Source: Mesonia sp. (GTDB taxonomy: Bacteria > Bacteroidota > Bacteroidia > Flavobacteriales > Flavobacteriaceae). From it: a DNA stretch of 64,000 nucleotides. Below, piece after piece: positions 29,766 to 38,983 of this stretch. The notes below the pieces were generated by a model, which was not told the origin of the DNA, ran no database searches, and saw only the letters and a list, made by a program, of their open reading frames with translations. Location: NCBI RefSeq assembly GCF_012964435.1, contig NZ_DTTX01000090.1; one strand, 5' to 3'. Numbering within the stretch: the first letter of the stretch is position 1; the number at the start of each line of letters is the position of its first letter. The position numbers were made by a program, and so were the translations under genes.

Positions 29766-30524
29766 ATGAAAAACATTTTGATTTTACTTAGCTTAATCTG
29801 CTTATGTAGTTGCGCTTCAAAAAAAAATATTACCTATTTTCAAGATAGCGATAATTTACCTTCTGTACAAATTGACTCAATTTATCATCACCCAAAAATT
29901 CAGATTAATGATGTACTTAAAATAGATTTGACTGCATTGGAGCCTTCGAGCTTAATACCATTTCAGTTTGATAAACTTCCAACAAGCGGGATGACTCAAA
30001 TTGAACTTTTAAAGTTGCAGGGGTACTTAGTCAATAAAGATGGAGCTATTAATTATCCCGGGTTAGGCGCTGTAATGGTGAAAGGTAAAACAACTCAAGA
30101 AGTACAATCTATTTTGAAAAAAGAAATTGGAGAATTTGTGAAGGATGTTGAGGTGAAAGTAAGACTGGTAAACTTTAAATTTTCTGTGTTAGGTGAGGTT
30201 AAAATGCCAGGAACTTATACCGTAGCAGAAGAAACGGTAACCTTGCTTCAGGCCATTTCAATGGCTGGAGATTTAACCATACAGGGCGAAAGGAATAATA
30301 TATTGGTGATAAGACATAATAATGGAGTGATAACCTCTAAGAGAATAAATTTTACCAATACAGATTGGATGAATTCTGATTATTATTATTTGCAACAAAA
30401 TGATATGGTTTATGTGGAGCCTAACAGTGCTAAAGTTAAATCTAGTGGGTTTATAGGTAATGTGGGTAGTGTAGTATCTGTGATTTCTATTTTGTTAACG
30501 ACGGCTGTATTGATTTTTAGATAA
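29766..30524 (+). CDS. wza: Wza-like polysaccharide export outer-membrane lipoprotein
   Basis: Lipoprotein signal (LICLCSC). Poly_export/SLBB-like sequence. C-terminal hydrophobic helix. First gene of the operon. Confidence 0.85.
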   Translation: MKNILILLSLICLCSCASKKNITYFQDSDNLPSVQIDSIYHHPKIQINDVLKIDLTALEPSSLIPFQFDKLPTSGMTQIELLKLQGYLVNKDGAINYPGLGAVMVKGKTTQEVQSILKKEIGEFVKDVEVKVRLVNFKFSVLGEVKMPGTYTVAEETVTLLQAISMAGDLTIQGERNNILVIRHNNGVITSKRINFTNTDWMNSDYYYLQQNDMVYVEPNSAKVKSSGFIGNVGSVVSVISILLTTAVLIFR

Positions 30525-30528
30525 GATT

Positions 30529-32883
30529 ATGGTGAATTTAGAAGAATCTAAAGTAAATAATAGTGGTGACGGAGATAATATCAAGGTTGTAATACTAAGG
30601 TATCTAAGGTATTGGTATCTGTTTTTGTTTTTTATACTCGTTAGTGCTTGTCTTTCTTATTTTTATTTAAAATATCAAAAGTATGTTTATAGTACTTCAA
30701 CTAAAATTAAAATATTAGACGACAATGAGGGAGGTATAGATCTTTCTGGTTTAAATGGAGCTAAATCTCTTTTTAATTACAGTAAAGTAAATTTAGATAA
30801 TGAAATCCAGGTCTTTAAGTCAAGAAGGTTATTGAAATTAGTGATCGATGATCTAAACTTAAATACTTTTCACTACGAATCCGGAAACTTTAAAGATCAA
30901 GTGGTATTTGGAAAGTCATTGCCGTTTCAGGTTAATTGGATTAAAGAAGGTTCGTATGAAGTAAATGATTATCCTAAAATAAAATTGTTAGACAAGATAA
31001 AATTTAAATTTTTAGGAGCTACTTCTTCAGAAGGTAAAATAGTTAATTATGGTGACACTATTAACTATTTAAACTCAAAATTCACTATAACTCCAAATGT
31101 GAATTTTAAAGATTACAATAATCATAAAAATGACATATACTATTTTAAGTTTATAGATGATAAGTATTTAATTGATATTCTTTCAGAACAAATTAAAATA
31201 GAACCGGTTGGGGATCGTAGTGATATATTAAAAGCATCCATTAAAGGGACCAATAAAGAAAGAAACGAAGCAATATTAAATACCTTGGTGAGTCAATTTA
31301 ATTTAGATGGTATTGAAGATAAACGCCTAGTCTCTAAAAGAACAGAAGAGTTTGTTGAAGAAAGATTAAACTTCCTTGTGCAAGAGTTAGATACTGTAGA
31401 GTCTGATATTGTAGATTTTAAAGAAGATAATAATGTTGTAACTGTAGAGTCTAGCGTAGAACAATTATTTACTAAAGAAGCAACTTCAGAATCAGAACGT
31501 TTTGCAATAGCTACTCAAATAGAAGTTGCTAATGCTTTTAAAGAATTACTTGAAGAGGGGAATGAATATCAACTTTTGCCTGCTAATATTGGTATTGAGA
31601 GTGTTACAGTAAATGAATTAACCGCAGATTATAATGAAATTATCTCACAGCGAAATAGGCTCTTAGTATCATCTACAGAAAAAAACCCGATGATTGAGTC
31701 TTTAAATAATAAAATTGATAATATTAGGAATAATATAAGGTTAAGCTTAGATAATTATTTAAGGGGTTTAAATATTTCGTATAATAATTTGCAAAATCGT
31801 GAAGGTAATTTTAAAGGTCAAATAAGTAATCTTCCTAAAAAAGAAAAGGAACTGCGAAAAATAATAAGACAACAAGGAGTAAAAGAGAGGTTGTATTTAT
31901 TTTTATTACAAAAAAGAGAAGAAGCTGCTTTATCGTTTGCAGTTACGGCCCCAACCATCAAGGTTGTTGATTATGCTTTTACCAATGATGTGCCAATATC
32001 TCCTAGAAAAAGAGTTATTTTTTTAGGTTCAATAATTTTTGGATTTGTATTTCCTTTTGGGTTATTATACCTCAAATTTTTGCTGGATACAAATGTATCT
32101 AGTCGAGAAGAAATTGAAACTAAACTGCCAAGCATACCGATTTTAGGAGAAATACCTATGTTGAGTAATTCAGATGAAAAATTAATTCAGAAAAATGATA
32201 ACTCTGTTCTTGCAGAATCTTTTAGAATTTTGAGAACCAATCTATTTCATTATTATAAGAATACTTCGTCTTCTATTCAAGTAGTATATGTTACCTCTTC
32301 TATTAAAGGCGAAGGAAAAACTTTTACCGCTATTAATCTGGCAAGAACAATAGCTTCTTCTAATAAAAAAGTTTTACTGATTGGTGCAGATTTAAGAAAT
32401 CCACAAATACATACTTACTTTAATACAGATAGAAATATTTTAGGTCTTTCAGATTATATAGCTAAAAACAATGTAGATTATAAAGGCTATTTAAGAAAAC
32501 AAATGACCAATTTCGAAAATCTTGATATTATGTTTTCCGGTAGTGTGCCGCCTAATGCTGCAGAGCTTCTTTTAGAAGATAATTTTAAGGATCTATTGCA
32601 TAAAGCTAAACAAGACTATGATTATATTATTGTAGATACAGCTCCTACAATTTATGTTACAGATACCTTTTTAATTGCTAAAGAGGCAGACGTAACTTTA
32701 TATATGGTTAAAGAAGGTTTAACAGAAAAGAAACTACTTAAACACATAGAAGACGTTAATAGGTCTAAGAAAATTAATAATTTATCGTTAGTGTTAAATG
32801 GAGCGAGTCTAAATACTAATTTTGGTTATGGTTATGGTTATGTTTATACAGATAAGAAAAAACCATTCTACAAATTTTGGTAA
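30529..32883 (+). CDS. wzc: Wzc-like chain-length determinant / BY-tyrosine kinase
   Basis: Two TM helices flank a large coiled-coil periplasmic domain. Walker A SSIKGEGKTFTA, Walker B IIVDTAP. C-terminal Tyr cluster NFGYGYGYVYTD. Confidence 0.85.
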   Translation: MVNLEESKVNNSGDGDNIKVVILRYLRYWYLFLFFILVSACLSYFYLKYQKYVYSTSTKIKILDDNEGGIDLSGLNGAKSLFNYSKVNLDNEIQVFKSRRLLKLVIDDLNLNTFHYESGNFKDQVVFGKSLPFQVNWIKEGSYEVNDYPKIKLLDKIKFKFLGATSSEGKIVNYGDTINYLNSKFTITPNVNFKDYNNHKNDIYYFKFIDDKYLIDILSEQIKIEPVGDRSDILKASIKGTNKERNEAILNTLVSQFNLDGIEDKRLVSKRTEEFVEERLNFLVQELDTVESDIVDFKEDNNVVTVESSVEQLFTKEATSESERFAIATQIEVANAFKELLEEGNEYQLLPANIGIESVTVNELTADYNEIISQRNRLLVSSTEKNPMIESLNNKIDNIRNNIRLSLDNYLRGLNISYNNLQNREGNFKGQISNLPKKEKELRKIIRQQGVKERLYLFLLQKREEAALSFAVTAPTIKVVDYAFTNDVPISPRKRVIFLGSIIFGFVFPFGLLYLKFLLDTNVSSREEIETKLPSIPILGEIPMLSNSDEKLIQKNDNSVLAESFRILRTNLFHYYKNTSSSIQVVYVTSSIKGEGKTFTAINLARTIASSNKKVLLIGADLRNPQIHTYFNTDRNILGLSDYIAKNNVDYKGYLRKQMTNFENLDIMFSGSVPPNAAELLLEDNFKDLLHKAKQDYDYIIVDTAPTIYVTDTFLIAKEADVTLYMVKEGLTEKKLLKHIEDVNRSKKINNLSLVLNGASLNTNFGYGYGYVYTDKKKPFYKFW

Positions 32884-32910
32884 TCTTTGAGTTGATAAAA
32901 TTTTCTTTAG

Positions 32911-34350
32911 ATGAATAAAGAAATTGGTAAAAAAACCAAAATAGGACTTCTTTGGGATCTGTCTGGTTCTTTCTTTAGGCAATTTATAGCATTTTTTATA
33001 TCGGTAACCTTGGCCAGGTTGTTAGACCCTAAACAGTTTGGTATAATTGGTATGTCTTTAGTATTTGTTAGTATTTCTCAGGTGTTTGTAGATGTTGGTT
33101 TTACAAGCGGCTTAGTACAGCAAAAACACACTAAAAGTATAACTTATTCATCTGTTTTTTATATAAATATTCTCATCAGCTTTTTATTGTCAATGGCAAT
33201 TATTGTTTCAGCACCATTTATTGCTGAGTTTTATGAAATAGATAAAATAGAGAAAATACTTTATTTCTTATCAATTATTCCTCCGATAGCAGCTTTAGGT
33301 TTAGTGCATTCTGCTATTTTAACTAAAACATTAAATTTTAAAAGTTTAACCATTCGAGATATAGTAGCTACATTGGTTGGTGGCGTTGTAGGTATTGTGG
33401 CTGCGTTTAGCGAATTTGGAGTTTATAGTTTAGTTTTTCAACAAATATTTACAGTTTTAACCGGTACTATACTTCTTTGGTTCTCTACTAGTTGGCGACC
33501 TAAGTTAGAGTTTTCTTACAGAGAAACTAAAAGTCTTTTGAGGTATTCTAGTTATGTGTTTTTTGATCAGGCTTTACGTCAAGTTTCTAATAAAATAGAT
33601 ACAATATTTATTGGTAAGGTTTTTAGCCCATCTATATTAGGTTTTTATTCAAGAGCAGAATCTTTAAGATCTCAAGTACAAACCTATACTACAAATAGTT
33701 TACGGAAAGTTATTTTTCCTACTTTAAGTGCTTTACAAGATGATAAAGAAAACTTTGAGAGAATGTTTTTTAAAACATTTAATATTGTTTCTGGTCTAAC
33801 GATAATCTTAGTGGGACCAATTTACTTCCTTTCAGAAGAAATTATAATCATTTTATTAGGTGAAAAGTGGAGGCCGAGTATTATATTTTTTCAAATTTTA
33901 CTCTTTACAACATTAACTAGTCCACAAATAGGGATGATGGCTAAAGCAATGTTAGCAAAAGGATATTCTAAACTAAAGTTTAATGTAGGTATTGTACAAC
34001 GATTATTAAAACTATCTCCCATATTAATAGGTTTCTATTTTGGTATTATCGAGTTTTCAATAGCAGTTGTTGTCTCTTCAAGCTTAGTTTTTTTTCTTTT
34101 TGCTTTTATTTTAGATATAAAATTTCAGTTAAGTTTCTCTAAACAGTTTTGGGGTTTGTTAAAACCTATGTTTCCATTTTTAGTAGTTTTTCTATTAGAA
34201 AAATTTATATTTGATGAATTAAATAATTGGCTTTTAGCAATTTCATTTATTCTAATTCATATTTTATATATAAAACTAATTTCCCACGATAGTTTTTTAT
34301 TTGTTTACAATACAATCAAAAAAATTTACAATTCAAAATTTAAAAAATAA
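32911..34350 (+). CDS. wzx: Wzx-type oligosaccharide flippase (MOP superfamily)
   Basis: 479 aa, about 12-14 TM helices. Typical N-terminal LARLLDPKQFGIIGM string. Confidence 0.8.
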   Translation: MNKEIGKKTKIGLLWDLSGSFFRQFIAFFISVTLARLLDPKQFGIIGMSLVFVSISQVFVDVGFTSGLVQQKHTKSITYSSVFYINILISFLLSMAIIVSAPFIAEFYEIDKIEKILYFLSIIPPIAALGLVHSAILTKTLNFKSLTIRDIVATLVGGVVGIVAAFSEFGVYSLVFQQIFTVLTGTILLWFSTSWRPKLEFSYRETKSLLRYSSYVFFDQALRQVSNKIDTIFIGKVFSPSILGFYSRAESLRSQVQTYTTNSLRKVIFPTLSALQDDKENFERMFFKTFNIVSGLTIILVGPIYFLSEEIIIILLGEKWRPSIIFFQILLFTTLTSPQIGMMAKAMLAKGYSKLKFNVGIVQRLLKLSPILIGFYFGIIEFSIAVVVSSSLVFFLFAFILDIKFQLSFSKQFWGLLKPMFPFLVVFLLEKFIFDELNNWLLAISFILIHILYIKLISHDSFLFVYNTIKKIYNSKFKK

Positions 34351-35579
34351 TGGCTTTAAGTGTTACCAAAACAAAATTATCTGGTAAGGTTTTGCTTAGT
34401 GGTGCTAAAAATAGCTCATTACGACTTTTGGCAGCTTCGTTATTAACAGAAGAAACGGTAGAACTGCATAATTTTCCTAATGGTTTACTTGATGTTAAGG
34501 TGCATTTAAAAATGCTTGAAGCTTTAGGTAAATCTATAAAAGAAGGAGTACATACGGTGCAAATTTCTACGCAAAAGCAAATTAGTACAAAGTTAATTTG
34601 GAAAGAGCGGTCTATAAGAAATACACTTTTAATTTTAGGTGCATTAGTCTCTAGATATGGTGAAGGTAAAGTGCCATTGCCGGGAGGTTGTAAATTAGGA
34701 GAAAGAAAATATGACCTGCACGTAATGCTTTTAGAAAAATTAGGAGCAGAAGTATGGGAGGAAGAAGGTTATTTGTGCGCTAAGTCTAAAGCAGAAAAGT
34801 TAATTGGTGCAGAGATACATTTACCATTACGCTCTACGGGAGCCACAGAAAATACGATTATTGCGAGTAGTTTAGCTGTAGGAGAAACAATTTTATATAA
34901 TCCTCATATAAGGCCAGAGATTATAGATTTAATAACAATGTTAAATAAAATGGGTGCTCAAATTACGGTATATGGCCAACAGGCTATTAAAATTAAAGGA
35001 GTCGATGTTTTAAAAGCTGTAAAACATGAGGTGATACCGGACAATATGGAGGCATTAACTTGGGCTATAGGATCTGTGATTACTAATGGTGAAATTGAGA
35101 TTGAAAACTTTCCTTATCAACATTTAGAGGTTCCTTTAGTTTATTTACGAGAAAGCGGAATGAAGTTTTATAGAGGAGAATCGAGTTTAATTGTTAAGGG
35201 TGGGCAACCATATCCCGTAGAGATTAGTACAGGCCCTTATCCTGGTATAAATTCTGATATGCAACCACTGTTTGCTGTTTATGGAGCTATGTCTTTAGGA
35301 GAAACAAAAATTGTAGACTTAAGGTTTCCTGGAAGATATGCTTATGCCGACGAATTATCTAAAATAGGAGTGAATTCTAAAGTAGTAGGAGATATGTTGG
35401 TTATAAATGGTGGAAATAAAATTACTGGAGGTAGAGTAAAGGCATTAGATCTTAGAGCAGGGATCGCATTACTTTTAGCGGGTATGACCTCTGAAGAGGA
35501 GGTGATCATAGAAGATGAGTGGCAGATCTATAGAGGTTATGAAAATCTCGAAGAGAAGATTTCTAATTTAACGTCGTAA
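34350..35579 (+). CDS. murA: UDP-N-acetylglucosamine 1-carboxyvinyltransferase paralogue (MurA-like)
   Basis: LSGAKNSSLRLLAASLL; catalytic-loop PLPGGCKLGERKYDLH with Cys; SDMQPLF; YRGYENLEEK. TAATG overlap with wzx. Confidence 0.85.
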   Translation: MALSVTKTKLSGKVLLSGAKNSSLRLLAASLLTEETVELHNFPNGLLDVKVHLKMLEALGKSIKEGVHTVQISTQKQISTKLIWKERSIRNTLLILGALVSRYGEGKVPLPGGCKLGERKYDLHVMLLEKLGAEVWEEEGYLCAKSKAEKLIGAEIHLPLRSTGATENTIIASSLAVGETILYNPHIRPEIIDLITMLNKMGAQITVYGQQAIKIKGVDVLKAVKHEVIPDNMEALTWAIGSVITNGEIEIENFPYQHLEVPLVYLRESGMKFYRGESSLIVKGGQPYPVEISTGPYPGINSDMQPLFAVYGAMSLGETKIVDLRFPGRYAYADELSKIGVNSKVVGDMLVINGGNKITGGRVKALDLRAGIALLLAGMTSEEEVIIEDEWQIYRGYENLEEKISNLTS

Positions 35580-36109
35580 TGTTAACAATTTTAAATATAA
35601 TTAAGGACGATTTAAATTCATTATCAAGAAATAGTTTTAAAAATAAGATTTTAAATTTGTTCTTTAATAGGTCATTTGCTCTAACTTTAAACTATAGGTT
35701 AGGTAATCATTTTCAGAAAAAAAGAAATTTTCTAAATAACCTGTTCATATTAATCTTAAAAAAAAAGCAACTTAAAAATTTTGGTTGCGATATATCCTAT
35801 ACAGCTGAAATTGGAAAAAATATATCTTTTCCTCATCCAATAGGTATTGTAATAGGTAATAATGTGAAAATTAAAGATAATGTGAAAATATGGCAAAATG
35901 TCACAATTGGTAGCAAAGGAAAATTACAAAAGGAATATCCTGTAATAAATTCAAATGTGAAAATTTTCACTTCTGCCCAAGTTATAGGAAATATTTACAT
36001 TGGAGATAACACTATAATAGGAGCATCGTCTTTGGTAATAACAGACCTACCGAGCAATAGTATAGCATATGGCGTTCCTGCTAAATTTAAAATAAATGAA
36101 AATTCCTAA
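35579..36109 (+). CDS. hexapeptide-repeat O-acetyltransferase (CysE/WcaB-like)
   Basis: Left-handed beta-helix repeats (IGNNVKIKDNVKIWQNVTIG; IGDNTIIGASSLV). TAATG overlap with murA. Confidence 0.7.
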   Translation: MLTILNIIKDDLNSLSRNSFKNKILNLFFNRSFALTLNYRLGNHFQKKRNFLNNLFILILKKKQLKNFGCDISYTAEIGKNISFPHPIGIVIGNNVKIKDNVKIWQNVTIGSKGKLQKEYPVINSNVKIFTSAQVIGNIYIGDNTIIGASSLVITDLPSNSIAYGVPAKFKINENS

Positions 36110-36953
36110 TTTTATACTTGGTGGTATCATGAAAAGTGGTACAACTTTTCTTCATAACTTATTAATTAATCATCCACAAGTCAAAGTTTTGAAAAGAGAT
36201 ATGTCTTTTTCGTACTTTGATGATGATAGAGTATTTAAAAATGGTGAAAATTGGGATGTTAATCTTTTTTCTGAAATTAAAAAGGATTTAAAATCTAATG
36301 AAATTGTAGGTCAAACTTCCGCCGACTGTGCTTTTAACCCTCAAAGTGTACAGCGTATTATGGATTATAACCCTAATACCAAATTGATTTTTGTTTTAAG
36401 ACATCCTATAGATCGTGCTTACTCTTTATATTGGCATCAATACGGTATGGGAAGAGAACATAAGTCTTTTGAAAAAGCAATCGATGTTGAAGCTAATAAG
36501 ATCAAAAAATCTTACTATAATTTTAAAAATTTTTCTTATTTAGAAAGAAGTAAGTACTATCAACAATTTCAGGAAGTAAAAAAAATAGTTCCTGAAGCAA
36601 ATTTGCTAATTTTAGACTTTGAATCTTTAACAAAAAATACTTTAAAGTCGATTAACAGTGTTCTCGATTTCTTAGAAATCGATAAAATCTCAGATATTGA
36701 AGAGTTAGGCTACTCTAATTTACCAAGAAATAGAGCTTTGATACCAAAATATAAATTTATGGTCAAATTATCTCATTTCTTACAAAAATTTGGTTTTGTA
36801 TCCTTAGGGAGAAAGGCTTTAAATATGACAAGAGAAGAGGTTAGACCTCCTAAAATGAATCTAGAAACTCGTAAACAGCTTGAGCAAAAATTAGCAAAAG
36901 ATATTCAATTTTATAATGAAGTGAAGCTGAACTTTAATAAGAAAATAAATTAA
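36096..36953 (+). CDS. PAPS-dependent sulfotransferase
   Basis: 5'-PSB loop GGIMKSGTTFLHN and 3'-PB motif FVLRHPIDRAYSLYWH. Confidence 0.8.
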   Translation: MKIPNFILGGIMKSGTTFLHNLLINHPQVKVLKRDMSFSYFDDDRVFKNGENWDVNLFSEIKKDLKSNEIVGQTSADCAFNPQSVQRIMDYNPNTKLIFVLRHPIDRAYSLYWHQYGMGREHKSFEKAIDVEANKIKKSYYNFKNFSYLERSKYYQQFQEVKKIVPEANLLILDFESLTKNTLKSINSVLDFLEIDKISDIEELGYSNLPRNRALIPKYKFMVKLSHFLQKFGFVSLGRKALNMTREEVRPPKMNLETRKQLEQKLAKDIQFYNEVKLNFNKKIN

Positions 36954-36958
36954 GTACT

Positions 36959-37813
36959 TTGAAGATCATCGAAAATTTTGACTTAACCCCTTGTAATTCA
37001 TATCGTATTAAAGCGAAATGTAGTAAAGCTTATTTTCCTGAAAACGAAAAAGATTTTCAAACGATATTTAAGCAAAAATTAAATAAAATTATGATAGGTG
37101 GTGGCTACAACATTATTCTGTCTAAAGAATTTTACGAAGAAGAATTTGTAGTGATTGGTGAGACCTTTGCAAATATAGAATTAGAGAGTGACACTATAAT
37201 TTCTTGTGAGGCGGGTGTAAATACAAAAACGTTTAGTGAATTTGCTTTAAATAAAAAGCTATCTGGGGCAGAGATCTTTTATGATATACCTAGTTCTATA
37301 GGTGGCGCAGTAGTGATGAATGCCGGTGCTAGTGGTGAAGAAATTAAAGATATTCTAATAAGAGTTAGGTATTTAGATTTAGATGATGGTAAAATTAAAG
37401 AAATAAGTAATAAAGAAATTGGGTTTGAGTATAGAAACAGTCTTTTTCAAAAAGAAACTAATAAAGTTGTTTTAAAAGCCTGGTTCGATTTAAAAAGTTC
37501 TACAGCAAAGCAAATTAAAGAAAAAATGGATGCTGTAAAAGATGCTCGTTGGGCAAAGCAACCCAAAAATTATCCTAATGCCGGGAGCGTTTTTAAGCGT
37601 CCAAAAGGTTTTTTTGTGGGTCCAATGATCCAGGAGTTGGGTTTAAAAGGGTATACCATTGGTGATGCGCAAATATCTAAAAAGCACGGAGGTTTTATTG
37701 TGAATTTAGGTAATGCAAATGGAGGCGATATCATTCAGATAATAAAAACAGTACAGGATAAGGTTAAAGAGCGATTTAATGTAGATTTAGAAGTCGAACA
37801 ACGCATAATATAA
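36959..37813 (+). CDS. murB: UDP-N-acetylenolpyruvoylglucosamine reductase paralogue (short-type MurB)
   Basis: GGGYNIIL, GGAVVMNAGA, EYRNSLF, PNAGSVFKRP, KKHGGFIVN. TTG start. Confidence 0.85.
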   Translation: MKIIENFDLTPCNSYRIKAKCSKAYFPENEKDFQTIFKQKLNKIMIGGGYNIILSKEFYEEEFVVIGETFANIELESDTIISCEAGVNTKTFSEFALNKKLSGAEIFYDIPSSIGGAVVMNAGASGEEIKDILIRVRYLDLDDGKIKEISNKEIGFEYRNSLFQKETNKVVLKAWFDLKSSTAKQIKEKMDAVKDARWAKQPKNYPNAGSVFKRPKGFFVGPMIQELGLKGYTIGDAQISKKHGGFIVNLGNANGGDIIQIIKTVQDKVKERFNVDLEVEQRII

Positions 37814-37818
37814 TTAAC

Positions 37819-38979
37819 ATGAAAATTTTATTTGTTATCTCAAGCGATGGTGGTAATGCAGTTGGAGGTCATTATAATTCATTAGATCAGGTAAGTCGCG
37901 AGGTTTCGAAAATACACGAAGTTAAAATTGTAAGTTTTGGCACAACTATAAGTCCGTTGATAGCTAAAAACCCTAACTTCGCTAGGCACTTTCAATCTAA
38001 ACTCAATTTACTGCCACTTTTAAAACAAAAAGACAATTTTTCAAAATTTGTTAAGAATTTTCAACCAGATATTATTCATGTATTTGACGCAGAAGCCCTA
38101 AACTGTATTTTGTTTTTAGATTTATTTTCTAAAATACCAATTGTACTGAATAAATGTGGAGGGCCAAACCCTAAAAGAAAAAATTATTTTCATGCAGATG
38201 CGATCGTAGTATTTAGTAAAGAAAATCAAGCGTGGTATTTGCAAAACCCAAATTACGAAGAAAATGATATCTTTTTAATTCCCAACAGAGTTAGAAAATT
38301 AGAACCCCTTGCAGAAGATCAGAGATTAGAAATAAAACCTATTAATAAAACAACTTTTTTAAGAGTTAGTCGTTTAGGTGGAGCTTACGAAAAGACACTT
38401 TTAGATAGTTATAATTTAATCGAAAAAATAAATAAAAAAAATCCTGCAGAATTAATTGTTGTGGGGAGAGTGCAAAACAAGTCTCGCTTCGATATGTTAA
38501 AACAAGAGGCAGTTAAAAGAAATATTCCGGTAAGATTTATAACCGATGAACGGGCATCCAGAGGTAGTGACTTTCTTTATTTAGCCGATTTTGTAATAGG
38601 TACCGGCAGAAGTTTTATGGAGGCAGCATCTTTAAGTAAGCCTTGTCTCACTCCGGCAAAAAATGCAGACGAACCCATCTTAGTAGATAAGCAAAATTTC
38701 GAACATTTTTTTAAGACAAATTTTTCAGAAAGAAATTTTTCAGATCAAGATTCTTTAGAGAATAATATTTCTAAGATAGAGTCTGCTATAGAAAATAAGG
38801 AGGACTACAAGCGTTTATCAGAAGAATCAAAACTAATTTTTGATGAATATTTTGGTACTCAGAAGATACAAGAGAAGTATAACTCTGTCTATCAATACTT
38901 ACAAAGAAAAAAATTGAATAGAAGAAAGATAATTCTAAAGAATTTACCTTATTTGGTGAAATTTTCTTTAAATAGATAA
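37819..38979 (+). CDS. putative glycosyltransferase (GT-B-like)
   Basis: Context only, plus a weak GT4-like C-terminal segment (IGTGRSFMEAASLSKPCL). No strong motif. Confidence 0.5.
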   Translation: MKILFVISSDGGNAVGGHYNSLDQVSREVSKIHEVKIVSFGTTISPLIAKNPNFARHFQSKLNLLPLLKQKDNFSKFVKNFQPDIIHVFDAEALNCILFLDLFSKIPIVLNKCGGPNPKRKNYFHADAIVVFSKENQAWYLQNPNYEENDIFLIPNRVRKLEPLAEDQRLEIKPINKTTFLRVSRLGGAYEKTLLDSYNLIEKINKKNPAELIVVGRVQNKSRFDMLKQEAVKRNIPVRFITDERASRGSDFLYLADFVIGTGRSFMEAASLSKPCLTPAKNADEPILVDKQNFEHFFKTNFSERNFSDQDSLENNISKIESAIENKEDYKRLSEESKLIFDEYFGTQKIQEKYNSVYQYLQRKKLNRRKIILKNLPYLVKFSLNR

Positions 38980-38983
38980 TTTA

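Noticed and set aside
34350-37813. MurA and MurB as the ordinary housekeeping peptidoglycan genes
   Set aside because: This cannot be excluded without the whole genome. I judged it less likely because both are embedded by overlapping stop and start codons in a wza-wzc-wzx operon, among sulfotransferase and acetyltransferase genes. They also appear on the short side for their families, by recollection rather than measurement.
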